DNA from: an uncultured Planctomycetota bacterium
GTDB taxonomy: Bacteria; Planctomycetota; Planctomycetia; Isosphaerales; Isosphaeraceae
Reading direction: 5' to 3'
Length of the DNA: 64,000 nt
Assembly: GCA_963737655.1 (NCBI GenBank)
Contig: CAVTTN010000002.1
Coordinates: 2,048,001-2,112,000, forward strand
The position numbers and the translations under genes were made by a program. Each line of letters begins with the position of its first letter. Position 1 is the first letter of the stretch. The notes beneath the pieces were generated by a model. That model saw nothing but the letters and a program-made list of their open reading frames with translations. It was not told the DNA's origin and made no database searches. Positions 32,006 through 42,704 of the stretch are shown one piece after another.

Positions 32006-34147
32006 TCAGCGGGCCATCAGGCAGGACAGCCCGCCGGCCGCCGGCAGGTAGCCATTCATGACGTAATCCATGACCATCCGGTCGGCGTTGAACCGCCAGC
32101 CCAGCGTCCTCATCCCGGCCTTCTGGAAGGCGATCCACTTCCTCGGCAGGCCGGAGGCGTCTCGGTCGTAGTAGAGCGGGACGACCTTGTCCCGGAGGGT
32201 CTCCAGGAGCATGGCGTAATCGCGGTCGTCCTGGACGGCCGGCGCGGAGTGGGTCTGGCCGTGGCCGATGGCGAATCCGTTGGTGCCGTCGTACGCCTCG
32301 GCCCACCAGCCGTCGAGGATCGAGAAGTTCAGCCCGCCGTTGAGCAGGACCTTTTCGCCCGACGTGCCGCTGGCCTCCTGCGGCCTCCTCGGGTTGTTCA
32401 GCCAGACGTCCACGCCCTGGACGAGGTGGCGGGCCACGTTCATGTCGTAATCCTCGACGAACACGATCCGGTGGCTGAACCGGGAGTCCCGGGACATCTT
32501 GATGATGTTCTGGATCAGCTCCTTGCCGAAGTGGTCCTCGGGGTGGGCCTTGCCGGCGAAGACGAACTGGATCGGGTGGTCGGAGGAGTTGACCATCTCG
32601 GCCAGCCGCTCGGCGTCCCTCATGACGAGGTTCGCCCGCTTGTAGGTGGCGAACCGGCGGGCGAAGCCGATGGTGAGCACGTTGAGGTCGAGGACGGAGT
32701 CGGCGCGGGACCTGGCCTCGTCGCCGTCGCCTCGGCGGGCGGACTGGGCGGCCAGCCTCCGGCGGACGAAGTCGATCAGGCGGGCCTTGAGGACCTGCTG
32801 GGTCTCCCAGAGCTCGGCGTCATCGACGTTCTCGATCCCCTTCCAGGTCTGGGGGTCGCGCTGCTTCGTCGGCCAGTCCGGCCCCATGTGGCGGTCGTAC
32901 AGCTCGCGCATCTGGGGGGCGAGCCACGTGAGCACGTGAACGCCGTTGGTGATATGACCGATCGGCACCTCTTCCTCGGCCCGATTCGGATACAGGGGGT
33001 GCCACATCCTCCGGGAGACGGCCCCGTGGAGGGCGCTCACGCCGTTGGCGTGTCGCGAGAGCTTCAGGGCGAGCACGGTCATGCAGAACGGCTCGTTCGG
33101 GTCCGACGGATAGACGCGGCCCAGGCCGAGGAAGTCCTCGAACGAGAGGTGGAGCGCCTCGCGGAGCTTGCCCAGGTGCTCCTCGACGAGGTTCGCGGGG
33201 AAGCGGTCGTGCCCGGCGGCCACGGGCGTATGCGTGGTGAAGACGCTCATCGACGCCACGTCGCGGACGGCCTCGGCGAACGGGATCGCCTCGGACTCCA
33301 TCTCCGACCGGATCATCTCCAGGCCCGCGAACGCGCTATGGCCCTCGTTCATGTGGATCACGGACGGATAGATGCCCAGGGCCTGCAAGGCGCGGATGCC
33401 GCCGACGCCCAGGAGCAGCTCCTGGCGGATGCGGACCCGGGCGTCTCCCCCGTAGAGGCGGGAGGTCAGGGCCCGGTCGCTCTCGGAGTTCTCCGGGACG
33501 TTGGAATCGAGCAGGTACAGGGTCGTCCGGCCGACCTCGACCCGCCAGACCTGCGCCCGCAAGGTCCCGGCGTTGGTGTCGATGGCGATGGCCAGGGGGG
33601 TGCCGTCGGCCAGGCGGACCAGCTCGATCGGCAGGAGCTCGGGGTTGGCGTGGAGGTAGGTCTCCTCCTGCCAGCCGTCGGCGTTGAGGCTCTGGCGGAA
33701 GTATCCCTGGTCATAAAGGATGCCGATGGCCACCAGGGGGATGCCCAGGTCGCTGGCGCTCTTGAGGTGGTCGCCCGCCAGGACGCCCAGGCCGCCGGAG
33801 TAGATCGGCAGGCTCTCGTGGAGGCCGAACTCCATCGAGAAGTACGCCACCGGCCGGGACTTCAACGCCGCGGCATACGTGGCGCCCCAGCTATCGTCGT
33901 TCTTGAGGTAGTCGTGGAGCCGGCGGAAGGCGTTGTCGATCCGCGAGTGGAGGGCCATCTCGGCCGTCCGCCGCTCGAGCTGCTCGGTGGAGATCTTCTT
34001 GAGGAACTCGACGGGGTTGTGGTCGGTGGTCCGCCAGAGGACCGGGTCGAGGTCGCGGAACAGGTTGATGACGTTGGGCTGCCACGTCCACCACATGTTC
34101 CGGGCCAGCTCCCGGAGCCGATCGACGATCTGTGCCTGACCCACCAT
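32006..34147 (-). CDS. glgP: Alpha-glucan (glycogen) phosphorylase
   Basis: AYFSMEFG..SLPIYSGGLGVLAGD, HMNEGH, ITNGVH, ARRFATYKR and EASGTSGEK (PLP lysine region) motifs. Confidence 0.95.
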   Translation of the reverse strand: MVGQAQIVDRLRELARNMWWTWQPNVINLFRDLDPVLWRTTDHNPVEFLKKISTEQLERRTAEMALHSRIDNAFRRLHDYLKNDDSWGATYAAALKSRPVAYFSMEFGLHESLPIYSGGLGVLAGDHLKSASDLGIPLVAIGILYDQGYFRQSLNADGWQEETYLHANPELLPIELVRLADGTPLAIAIDTNAGTLRAQVWRVEVGRTTLYLLDSNVPENSESDRALTSRLYGGDARVRIRQELLLGVGGIRALQALGIYPSVIHMNEGHSAFAGLEMIRSEMESEAIPFAEAVRDVASMSVFTTHTPVAAGHDRFPANLVEEHLGKLREALHLSFEDFLGLGRVYPSDPNEPFCMTVLALKLSRHANGVSALHGAVSRRMWHPLYPNRAEEEVPIGHITNGVHVLTWLAPQMRELYDRHMGPDWPTKQRDPQTWKGIENVDDAELWETQQVLKARLIDFVRRRLAAQSARRGDGDEARSRADSVLDLNVLTIGFARRFATYKRANLVMRDAERLAEMVNSSDHPIQFVFAGKAHPEDHFGKELIQNIIKMSRDSRFSHRIVFVEDYDMNVARHLVQGVDVWLNNPRRPQEASGTSGEKVLLNGGLNFSILDGWWAEAYDGTNGFAIGHGQTHSAPAVQDDRDYAMLLETLRDKVVPLYYDRDASGLPRKWIAFQKAGMRTLGWRFNADRMVMDYVMNGYLPAAGGLSCLMAR

Positions 34148-34373
34148 GCGACGGCCCCCTCAGGGATCGGACTTCGAAGACGGGCGGCCCGGCCCGCCTC
34201 GGCCGGCCGGCCGCCCAATCGGGCGATAGTATGGCGGATCGCGGCGCAAAAGCCAACCCCGCCGGGGCCTCGGCGCCCCTCGCCCTCCTTGCTCTCAGCA
34301 TTGTAGGACACGAAGGCGACCGCAACCGGACCCCGGCGGGCCGTCCGGCCGGGCGGGATGAAGGCGTCGCCCG

Positions 34374-35771
34374 TCACGCCGACCTCGGCCGCCTCGCCTT
34401 CGTCCCGGACCGTCCGGCGTCGGGCTCGGCCCCCCGGGCCATCTCGATCTGGAAGGCGAGCCAGCCGAACGACGCCAGCGCGACGACCAGCGCCCAGACG
34501 TTCATGTCCTTCTTCAACAGCGTGTCGTAGAGCCCGTGGAGGAGCATCGGCACGGCCAGGACTCGCAGGATGAACACGATGTAATCCGGCCATTCCTGGA
34601 CCGTCTCGTACCAGTCGATCCGCCGGGCGATGGCGATCCCCACCGCGGCCGACCACATCGCATGAAGCGCCACGCAGGAGACGAACCTCACCACGTAGAT
34701 CTCGGCCCCGCTCAGGCCGTTGTACGAGTCGGCCGAGTACATGATCCCCTCGGAGACCCCGAAGCCCACGCCCGAGGCGAATCCCCAGAGGCACGCCCCT
34801 CGCCACCCCATCCGGCTGTCATCCCTCTTGAAATAGAGGAGGAGCGGGATCGCCTTGGCCAACTCCTCGCAGAGGCCGACCCCGCACGTGAATCCGATCG
34901 CGCTGAGCAGGAGGTTGCTGTCCGGGTCCAGGGCCGATCGGTACGACCAGCCGATGAACGCCAGGATCGCCATGATCAGGATGCCCCACCCCCGCCCTCG
35001 AATCTGGTCGAAGCGGATCTGGGAGCACCACTGCACCGCCATCAGGAACAGGATGCCGGCGGTCCCGGTGAACGCCCCCACGCCCAGGAGATGGAACGAT
35101 CGGGCCCTCTCCACCGAGAAGAAGAGCAGGGTCAGCAGCAGGAACGCCACCGCGGCGATCGCCGCATATGCCCAGTGCATCATGGAGTCGTGGGCCAGGT
35201 GCGCCCCGGCCAGGCGCCCGCCCGGCATCGCGGCCAGGAGTTGTTCCTTGGTGACCCCTCCCGGCCGATTCATGGCCGCCAGGGCCCGATCGACCTCCGC
35301 CGGGGAGGCGCCCTCCAGGGTGGCCGCGATCCGCTCCTCCAGGTCCGTCTCGTCCCGGGTCCCCAGGAGCGAGACGATCAGGGGGATCATCGCGAGGAGC
35401 AGGAGAAGATAGGAATACTCGCGAATCGAGGACGACGAGGCCGCCGCGTCCATCGCCGGGCGGGGCGGAGGCGTCGGCCGGGCGAACGGCGACGGCGGCT
35501 CGGGCGAGAATCGAGGGGCCGAGATCGAGTGGAACGTCGAGGAGGCCGGCGGCCCGTCTTCGAAGAGCGACGATCGGGCCGGCGACGCGGGCTTTTCCTT
35601 TTCCGGCTCGCCCGGGTCGCCCAGGCCCAGGGGCAGGCCGTCCTCGTCCAGGAACGAGGGGGACGGGATCGTCAGGACGGCCCCGCAATGGGGGCATTTC
35701 GTCCTCTTGCCCGCCAGGTCGTCGGCCGCCCTCAAGTCCTGACCGCAAGAGCAGGGGAACAGGATCGGCAT
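34374..35771 (-). CDS. prsW: PrsW-family intramembrane glutamic protease with an N-terminal zinc ribbon
   Basis: CSCG...KCPHCG ribbon, Pro-rich linker, GLCEELAK, GFGVSE, LHAMWS and LHGLYD motifs. Confidence 0.85.
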   Translation of the reverse strand: MPILFPCSCGQDLRAADDLAGKRTKCPHCGAVLTIPSPSFLDEDGLPLGLGDPGEPEKEKPASPARSSLFEDGPPASSTFHSISAPRFSPEPPSPFARPTPPPRPAMDAAASSSSIREYSYLLLLLAMIPLIVSLLGTRDETDLEERIAATLEGASPAEVDRALAAMNRPGGVTKEQLLAAMPGGRLAGAHLAHDSMMHWAYAAIAAVAFLLLTLLFFSVERARSFHLLGVGAFTGTAGILFLMAVQWCSQIRFDQIRGRGWGILIMAILAFIGWSYRSALDPDSNLLLSAIGFTCGVGLCEELAKAIPLLLYFKRDDSRMGWRGACLWGFASGVGFGVSEGIMYSADSYNGLSGAEIYVVRFVSCVALHAMWSAAVGIAIARRIDWYETVQEWPDYIVFILRVLAVPMLLHGLYDTLLKKDMNVWALVVALASFGWLAFQIEMARGAEPDAGRSGTKARRPRSA

Positions 35772-36022
35772 CGGAAAGCCCCGGGGGAGGACTCCGCAAG
35801 CATCCATGATTCTTGACAGGATAATCGACGTTCGGCGGTTGTCGAGGCGCCGGTCGAGGAAATCGCGGACGGCGGCGAGGTCCGGGAAGTCTTAATCGAA
35901 TCTTCGGGATCGGCCATACCCGCTCTTCACGGCCCGGGCGGATCGTAGGAGGCCCCGATCGGAGCGACCCCCGATCGGACGGGCCATCCTCCGCCCAGAT
36001 CGACCCCCGGAAAGGCCACGAG

Positions 36023-37057
36023 ATGACCCATCGACCCGTCCGACGATCGGGCTTCACCCTGATCGAGCTGCTGGTGGTGATCGCGATCATCGGCGTGCTG
36101 ATCGCCCTGCTCCTGCCGGCCGTCCAGGCCGCCCGAGAGGCCGCCCGCCGGGCCCAGTGCACCAACAACCTCAAGCAGATCGGCCTGGCGTTCCACAACT
36201 TCGAGCAGTCCCGAGGCTTCTTCGCCCCGACCTGGGCGATCCGCGACGAGTTCCTCGCCGGCGCCCCGGGCCTCCCGCTGACCAACCCGAACTACATCCC
36301 CCACTGCCCCCCCCAGCTTGCCGAGGTTTGCAGCCACCCCTATTCGATCCAGGCGTGGGTCCCCTTCATCATGCCGTTCACCGAGCAGGTGCCGCTCTAC
36401 AACTCGATGAACCTGGGGATCGCCTTCCCCTCGCCCGAGAATTCCACGGCCGTCGGCACCACGTTGAACTTCATGCTCTGCCCGTCCACCGCCGGCAACA
36501 ACCGGATGGAGCCGTTCACCAACCCCTTGACCGGCCAGACGTTCCAGCTCGCCCCGGGCGACTACGCCGTCGATGACGGCGTGGACATCGGCTGGATGGA
36601 CGCCAACAACGTCCCCCACCCCCCGGGCCAGATCGCCTACGGGATGCTCAAGGGCAACTATTGCCGGACCGCCGCCGAGGTCTCCGACGGCCTCTCCAAC
36701 ACCATCATGGTCTCCGAGGACGCCGGGCGGCCCAACCTCTACGTCCGGGGCTCCCAGCTCCAGTTCGGGACGAGCTACCCGTGGTACAACGGCGGGACCC
36801 CCCCGACCCAGTCCAACCAGGGCTCTGGCGCCGGCTGGGCCGACTACGGCAGCGAGTTCTACACCGACGGCGACGGCTCCCGCGAGCACACCAACTTCAG
36901 CAGCAACAACGAGGTCTATTCGTTCCACCCCGGGGGCGCCAACCACGTCTTCGCCGATGGATCGGTCCACTTCATCAAGGCGAGCATCAACGCCAAGGTC
37001 TTCGTCTCCTTGATCACCTTCGGGGGCGCCGAGATCGTCTCGGGCGACTCCTTCTGA
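36023..37057 (+). CDS. DUF1559 prepilin-type / H-X9-DG protein
   Basis: [36 protein letters not shown] and [14 protein letters not shown] motifs. Confidence 0.93.
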   Translation: MTHRPVRRSGFTLIELLVVIAIIGVLIALLLPAVQAAREAARRAQCTNNLKQIGLAFHNFEQSRGFFAPTWAIRDEFLAGAPGLPLTNPNYIPHCPPQLAEVCSHPYSIQAWVPFIMPFTEQVPLYNSMNLGIAFPSPENSTAVGTTLNFMLCPSTAGNNRMEPFTNPLTGQTFQLAPGDYAVDDGVDIGWMDANNVPHPPGQIAYGMLKGNYCRTAAEVSDGLSNTIMVSEDAGRPNLYVRGSQLQFGTSYPWYNGGTPPTQSNQGSGAGWADYGSEFYTDGDGSREHTNFSSNNEVYSFHPGGANHVFADGSVHFIKASINAKVFVSLITFGGAEIVSGDSF

Positions 37058-37138
37058 TCGGCACCCTCTCGGCCGTCGAGGCCCTCCATCCCCTCGACGG
37101 CCGACCTTCTCCCCTCCGACGACGAGGCCCGAACCGAG

Positions 37139-37612
37139 ATGACCGAATCCTCGCCTCCCCGGGCCCGGCCCCTCTGGCCGGTCCTTGCCGTCCTCGCCCT
37201 GTCGTCGTGCGCCGACCCCGATTCCGGCCACGTCACGGTCCATCCGGCCCGCGGCCAGGTCCTCTACCAGGGCAAGCCCCTGGCCGAGGCCCTGATCGTC
37301 CTCCAGCCGGTCAAGCCTTCCGAAAAGGACCAGGACGCCAACGCCCCGCCGCGCCCCACCGCCCGATCCGACGCCGACGGCCAGTTCCGGCTCCAGACCT
37401 ATTACACCGACGACGGCGCCCCGGCCGGCGAGTACCTCGTCTCGGTCTCCCTGCCGCCCGCCCCGACCGAGAATCGCGACCTGATGAAGAAGGAGACCCC
37501 CAAACCGGCCAGGGACGTCCTCGGCAACCGCTATCTCTATGCCGACAAGTCCGGCCTGAAGGTCGAGATCAAGCCCGGCGAGAATGTCCTCAAGCCGATC
37601 GATCTCAAGTAG
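37139..37612 (+). CDS. Lipoprotein, carboxypeptidase-regulatory-like; DUF1559 partner
   Basis: Lipobox LSSC, G.V.YQGKPL, DADGQF.L.TY..DGAPAGEY and SGLKVEIKPGEN motifs. Confidence 0.82.
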   Translation: MTESSPPRARPLWPVLAVLALSSCADPDSGHVTVHPARGQVLYQGKPLAEALIVLQPVKPSEKDQDANAPPRPTARSDADGQFRLQTYYTDDGAPAGEYLVSVSLPPAPTENRDLMKKETPKPARDVLGNRYLYADKSGLKVEIKPGENVLKPIDLK

Positions 37613-37659
37613 GATCGGCGGCGGACCCGGTTTCGGTCCCGCGATTCGGAGGAGAGGTC

Positions 37660-38784
37660 ATGCCCAAGCCCTTCGCCTTGATCCTCGGCCTGCTCGCGGT
37701 CCCCCCGGCGGGGGCCGAGGGCGAGGTCCGCCTGAACCAGATCCAGGTCATCGGCACTCACAATTCGTACCATCTCGCCCCGCATCCGAACGTCCTGGCC
37801 CTGATCGCCGCGACGAACCGCAAGGGGGCCGAAGCCCTGGACTACGCCCATCGCCCCCTGGCCGAACAGTTGACCGAGCTGGGCATCCGCCAGGTCGAGC
37901 TCGACGTCTTCGCCGACCCCGACGGCGGCAAATTCGCCCGACCGGCCGCCCGCGCGATCCTCAAGGCGGCCGGAAAGGACCCCGGGCCCGACCCCGACGA
38001 CGGCGGCTCGCTCGACCGCCCCGGCCTGAAGGTCTTGCACGTCCAGGACATCGATTACCGGACGACCACGCCGACGTTCCTCGACGCCCTGAAGGCCATC
38101 CGGGGCTGGTCGAAGGAGAATCCGAGGCACGTGCCGATCCTCGTCCTGATCGAGCTGAAGGACGACGCCATCCCCGCCCTGCCGACCCGCCCCCAGCCCT
38201 TCGGCAAGGCCGAGCTCGACTCGGTGGACGCCGAGATCCTCACGGTCTTCAAGAAGGCCGAAATCCTGACGCCCGACGACGTTCGGGGCGACTTCGCGAC
38301 CCTTCCCGAAGCCCTGAAGACCCGGGGCTGGCCGAGGCTCGACGACGTTCGCGGCAAGGTCATGTTCGCCCTGGACAATGAAGGATCGATCCGGGATCGC
38401 TACCTCGAAGGCTACCCCGCGTTGAAGGGCCGTCTCCTCTTCGTCAGCGTGAATCCCGACCACCCCGCGGCGGCCTGGATGAAGGTCAACGACGCCCCGA
38501 AGGATTTCGACCGGATTCGCGACCTGGTCCGCCGGGGATTCCTCGTCCGGACCCGCGCCGACGTCGATTCGGGCGAGGCGAGGCGCGACGACCCCTCGCG
38601 ACGGGACCAGGCCCTGGGCAGCGGGGCCCAGTTCGTCAGCACGGATTACCCCGAGCCTCGCAAGGAGTTCTCCGGCTACAAGGTCCGCCTCCCGGGAGGC
38701 GTGAAGGCCCGGGCCAACCCGGTGATCGGAGACCCCGGACTCGCCGGGGAAGACCTCGAAGGACCGACCCTCGGCAAGCCGTGA
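37660..38784 (+). CDS. Ca2+-dependent phosphoinositide-specific phospholipase C-like protein
   Basis: Signal peptide, RLNQIQVIGTHNSYH, GIRQVELDV, VRTRAD and SGAQFVSTDYP motifs. GGAGGAG RBS. Confidence 0.85.
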   Translation: MPKPFALILGLLAVPPAGAEGEVRLNQIQVIGTHNSYHLAPHPNVLALIAATNRKGAEALDYAHRPLAEQLTELGIRQVELDVFADPDGGKFARPAARAILKAAGKDPGPDPDDGGSLDRPGLKVLHVQDIDYRTTTPTFLDALKAIRGWSKENPRHVPILVLIELKDDAIPALPTRPQPFGKAELDSVDAEILTVFKKAEILTPDDVRGDFATLPEALKTRGWPRLDDVRGKVMFALDNEGSIRDRYLEGYPALKGRLLFVSVNPDHPAAAWMKVNDAPKDFDRIRDLVRRGFLVRTRADVDSGEARRDDPSRRDQALGSGAQFVSTDYPEPRKEFSGYKVRLPGGVKARANPVIGDPGLAGEDLEGPTLGKP

Positions 38785-39316
38785 GCGGAGGGGCGGCGGG
38801 CCGACGGGCGGGGCGGGCGGGGAGGTTCATGGTCGATCACCGGGACGACGGGCGCAGGGCCGGAAGGCCCGATCCACCTCGGGCCCGCTGAAGGGACATC
38901 ATCGCGGGCCGACCCGTCGGGCGATCACCCAATCCGATCCGAGGCGCCGGCGGGGCCGTGAACGGACCGCCTCCCGGCCCCGGGCGAGCGCCCGCGATTC
39001 GAGGCGCGAAAACCGCCGTCCGGCCCGGCCGGTCGCGCGCCGGCCCCGCTCCCGAACGCCGCAATCCCCAGGGATTTCCGACGATCGAACCATATCAGTT
39101 CGCACGTGCGAATCCCGGCGATGGTACGAGTCGCTGCCATCGACGAAACCCCGGGATTGACCTCTCGAAACGACGATTGGGCGCGAAAAGTGTAGTCAAG
39201 TTCGCCGTTTCGAAGAAATGCACGAATCCGAATCCCGGACCAACGTCGATGGTCGCGGACCGATCCACGAGTGCGAGGACGAAACCTGCGAATCACGCCG
39301 GGACCCGATCGATCCA

Positions 39317-40495
39317 TCAGGACATGCGGGGTCGCCTCGTCCTCCGACGGAAGAACCCGAGTCCTCCGGTCGCCCCGGCGAGGAGCAGGAGGATCGACGA
39401 GGGCTCGGGGACCGCGTTGATCCGGTAGTCGGCGACCAGGGGCAGGTGATCGGAGACCTTCGTCAGGTCGGAGAGGATCGTCGCGGCCTGGCTGGGCGAG
39501 TAGCGGCCGGCGGTCAGCTCGTTGGCCAGGGCCGAGGCGCTGCCGGTGGTGATGGCCTGGTGGTTGGTGTGCGTCCCGGTGTTGCCGAAGGCGACCACCG
39601 AGCCGTCGATCAGGCCCAGGGCGCCCGTCCCGTCGGCGACCGCCGGGGAATTCAGCAGGAGGTCGTCGCGATAGCGCATCCCGGTCGTCGATTGGCCGGT
39701 GAAGGAGGCCGTCGTCGCGGGCGAGGCGGTCTGGACCTGGAGGCTCGTGAAGTTGCCCGAGAGCGGGTCGACGCCCTGGTTGCCGTGGGAGCCGGCGGCG
39801 GTCACGGCGAGGTAGCCCGGGTCGTTGGCGTTGCTCGTCGGGTTGTAGTCCCCGGCGTAGAGGATCGACGAGCCGGCCGGCAGGGCATTGGCCGCCGAGG
39901 CGACGAGGTTCCCCTCGACGCCCCGTCGCGAGAGGTCGCTGGCCGTCGATCCCGACTTGAAGTGGTCGTTGAACAGGTAGAAATCCGACGCCGACGAGTA
40001 ACCGACCGGCTGGAACTCGTATTCCATGACCTGCCGGGCCACGCCGCTGCCCGAGGGCGTGCCCAGGGCCCACTGGCCGATCAACTGGACGGTCGTGGTG
40101 TTGTAGATCAGGGTCTGGGGGCCGTTGCCGGTCAGGTTGCCGTCGGTCTTGCCGTTGAGCGTGGCCGCGGCGTACGGCGAGGGGTTGGCGGCGGTCCCGT
40201 AAAGCCCGTTGAGGACGTTGACGTACCCCTGCGCGGTGGGGTTGATCCCGGTCCCGCTGTAATACACCGATTCCTGGAGGGCCAGGATATCGACCGGCCG
40301 GGCCGGGGCGTTGGGGGTCACGCTCTCGAAGCCGATGGCCTTGAGGACGTCGCTGGCGCCGGTCCTGGGGAGGTAGTCCACGTTGTTGTGGCCGCTGACG
40401 TCGTTGGCCGTGTTGTACGTGACCACGCGGATGTCCTGGGCCCCGGCCGATCCCGCGGCGATCAGGGCGAGGGCGAGCGTCAGGAAGCGGATCAT
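39317..40495 (-). CDS. Endonuclease/exonuclease/phosphatase-fold protein with a PEP-CTERM sorting signal
   Basis: Signal peptide, VVTYN, DILALQE, HFKSG, AGDYN and SDHLP motifs. C-terminal VPEPSS + TM + RRR. Confidence 0.88.
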   Translation of the reverse strand: MIRFLTLALALIAAGSAGAQDIRVVTYNTANDVSGHNNVDYLPRTGASDVLKAIGFESVTPNAPARPVDILALQESVYYSGTGINPTAQGYVNVLNGLYGTAANPSPYAAATLNGKTDGNLTGNGPQTLIYNTTTVQLIGQWALGTPSGSGVARQVMEYEFQPVGYSSASDFYLFNDHFKSGSTASDLSRRGVEGNLVASAANALPAGSSILYAGDYNPTSNANDPGYLAVTAAGSHGNQGVDPLSGNFTSLQVQTASPATTASFTGQSTTGMRYRDDLLLNSPAVADGTGALGLIDGSVVAFGNTGTHTNHQAITTGSASALANELTAGRYSPSQAATILSDLTKVSDHLPLVADYRINAVPEPSSILLLLAGATGGLGFFRRRTRRPRMS

Positions 40496-40737
40496 GGGGG
40501 AGGATTCCGTCGGGTTTCGAGGAGGATCGGGCCCGGACCGTCCCCGGTCCCTCGCCGTCGATCCGGCGCGGCGCGAGATGGCATCAGGGTCAATCTCAAG
40601 ATTTGGCGACGACACCACCGGAACGGCGGCCGACGGCCGGAGCGGCGGACGGACGGGGTCCGCCGAAACGCGTCGAAGGGTCGTTCTTAGCCCGCGACCG
40701 AGGGGGCGTGCAAGGCGGATCGGGCCCGAATCGCGGC

Positions 40738-42462
40738 TCACCGCGAATTCTTCACCCGTTCCCCTTCGGCCCATCGCAATCGCGACCCGGCCGGGACGTT
40801 CTCCCGGGCCTCGATCGTCCCGGACGGCCAGCGGACCTCGATCCGGTCGATCTGTTTCGCCGGGCCGATCCCGAGGTGGATTCGGTGGTCGTTGGTGGAG
40901 AGGTAGCCGCCCCCGCCCTCGATCGCCCGGACGAGCGTCCGCTCGCCGACCTTCGCGGTGAGCCTCGCGCCGATGGCGTCGCGGTTCTTCCCCCGGCCGA
41001 TCAGGTCGAGGAAGACGGAACCGCCGAGGGCCGGCGAATCGTTCCAGAGGACGACGCTCGGGGCCTCGTAATGGACGATCACCAGGTCGAGGTCGCCGTC
41101 GTTGTCGAGGTCGCCCGAGGCGAGTCCCCGGCCCATGTGGAGGCCGGAAAAATAGGGCCCGGCGGTCGCGGAGACGTCCTCGAATCGGCCCTTCGGCGCG
41201 CCTCTCCAGAGCAGGGGGGGGCATTCCCATCGGTAGGTCTGATGGGGCTCGGGTCGGATGTGGCCGTTGGTGATGGCGATGTCCAGGAGGCCGTCGGCGT
41301 CGAGGTCGGCGAACGCGACGCCCCAGCCGGTCATCGGGCGGCTGGCGGTGCCCAGGCCGGCGAGCTTGGTGCGGTCGTCGAAGAGGATCGTCCCGGGCGA
41401 TGAGGCGGGCAGGGCGCACCAGAGGGTGTCGTGCTCGTCGAAGAAATGGGTGATGAAGACGTCGGGCTCGCCGTCGCCGTCGGTGTCCCCGCGGACGATC
41501 CCCATGTTCGCCTCGGGTCGGCCGTCGCCGTTGACGGCGATGCCCGAGGCCATCGCCACGTTTTCGAACGTGCCGTCTCCCTTGTTGCGCCAGAGGTCGT
41601 TGGGCTCGGCGTCGTTGGCCACGAGGACGTCGATCCGGCCGTCGGCGTCGAAGTCGGCGGCGAGGACGCCCATGCCCCGGCCCTTGCCGGCCACCCCGGC
41701 GGCGGCGGTCACGTCGGTGAACGTGCCGTCGCCGTCGTTGCGGTAGAGGACGTCCGGATCCCCGTTCCAGGTGGAGGGGACGCCGTATTGCGGCCGGCCC
41801 TGCTCGTCGCGTTCGAACGGGGCCTTCGCCGGGTCGAAGGAGAAGTAGTTGACGACGAAGAGGTCGAGGTCGCCGTCGTTGTCGTAGTCGAGGAAGGCGG
41901 CGCCGAGGCTCCAGAGGGGGCAGCCGACCCCGCTCTCGGCGGTCACGTCGCGAAAGATGCCGCCGTCGTTGCGCCAGAGGGTGTTGGGTCCGTAACGGGT
42001 CACATAAATGTCGGGGTCGCCGTCGCCGTCGTAATCGGCGACGGTCACGCCCTGGCCGTGGGAGCCGGTGGGCGTCAGGCCGACCCGGGCGGAGACGTCG
42101 GTGAACGTGCCGGGGCCGTCGTTGCGGAGGAGGACGTCCGACGGCGGGGCGGCGGTCGCCCCCGGCTTCAAGGAGACGCCCTGGGGGAAGAAGAGGTCGA
42201 GGTCGCCATCGCCGTCGTAGTCGAGCATCGCCACGCCCCCGCCGGTGGTCTCGACGGGCAGCGCGAGGCCGGACAGGCCCGTCTCATACCGGAAGGGCAA
42301 GTCCTGGGCGCGGAACCGGGGCGGGGCGGGGCGAGCGGCGGGCGGATCGGTGGAGGCGATCGGGGGCGACCCGGATTCGCGGCCCCCTCCGCATCCGCCG
42401 AGGACGAGGGCCAGGCCCATGATCGCGACCCAGGCGGCCGAGCGGGACGGTCTCGGGCGCAT
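40738..42462 (-). CDS. CRTAC1-family lipoprotein (FG-GAP/VCBS repeats + ASPIC/UnbV)
   Basis: Lipobox LGGC, DYDGDGDLDL repeats, NRDAIGAR, GGGYLS and IEVRWPSG motifs. Confidence 0.9.
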   Translation of the reverse strand: MRPRPSRSAAWVAIMGLALVLGGCGGGRESGSPPIASTDPPAARPAPPRFRAQDLPFRYETGLSGLALPVETTGGGVAMLDYDGDGDLDLFFPQGVSLKPGATAAPPSDVLLRNDGPGTFTDVSARVGLTPTGSHGQGVTVADYDGDGDPDIYVTRYGPNTLWRNDGGIFRDVTAESGVGCPLWSLGAAFLDYDNDGDLDLFVVNYFSFDPAKAPFERDEQGRPQYGVPSTWNGDPDVLYRNDGDGTFTDVTAAAGVAGKGRGMGVLAADFDADGRIDVLVANDAEPNDLWRNKGDGTFENVAMASGIAVNGDGRPEANMGIVRGDTDGDGEPDVFITHFFDEHDTLWCALPASSPGTILFDDRTKLAGLGTASRPMTGWGVAFADLDADGLLDIAITNGHIRPEPHQTYRWECPPLLWRGAPKGRFEDVSATAGPYFSGLHMGRGLASGDLDNDGDLDLVIVHYEAPSVVLWNDSPALGGSVFLDLIGRGKNRDAIGARLTAKVGERTLVRAIEGGGGYLSTNDHRIHLGIGPAKQIDRIEVRWPSGTIEARENVPAGSRLRWAEGERVKNSR

Positions 42463-42617
42463 GGCAGGGCTCCGGGCCGAAGCCGGGTGAGGGACGATCG
42501 GGCTGTTCGGGCGTTCGAGGCGGCCGGGAAGGGTGGTAGCCGCCCGGTTGAAGGTAGCCGCGCGAATCCGGGTTTGCAAGGAGTCCGCTCGGGGCCGGTC
42601 GATGATCCGGATTCCGG

Positions 42618-42704
42618 GGAGCCATGCTGACGTCTTCGTAAGCATGGCTCCGGTCAGGCTCGGACGAATCCATGCTTACGAGGACGTCAGCATGCCACCC
42701 GGGA
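42618..42704. repeat. Two REP-like palindromes, family A
   Basis: GGAGCCATGCTGACG-TCTT-CGTAAGCATGGCTCC (42618-42651) and CATGCTTACG-AGGA-CGTCAGCATGCCACCCGGGA (42671-42704). Confidence 0.8.

Noticed and set aside
35813..35826. TTGACA followed by GATAAT as a sigma70 promoter
   Set aside because: The spacing is far too short, and there is no -10 box 16-18 nt downstream.
36661..37659. Long N-terminal extension of the PI-PLC ORF (likewise for nuoM and the PEP-CTERM ORF)
   Set aside because: The extensions overlap real genes. Better starts with an RBS and/or signal peptide exist at 37660, 7062 and 40495.
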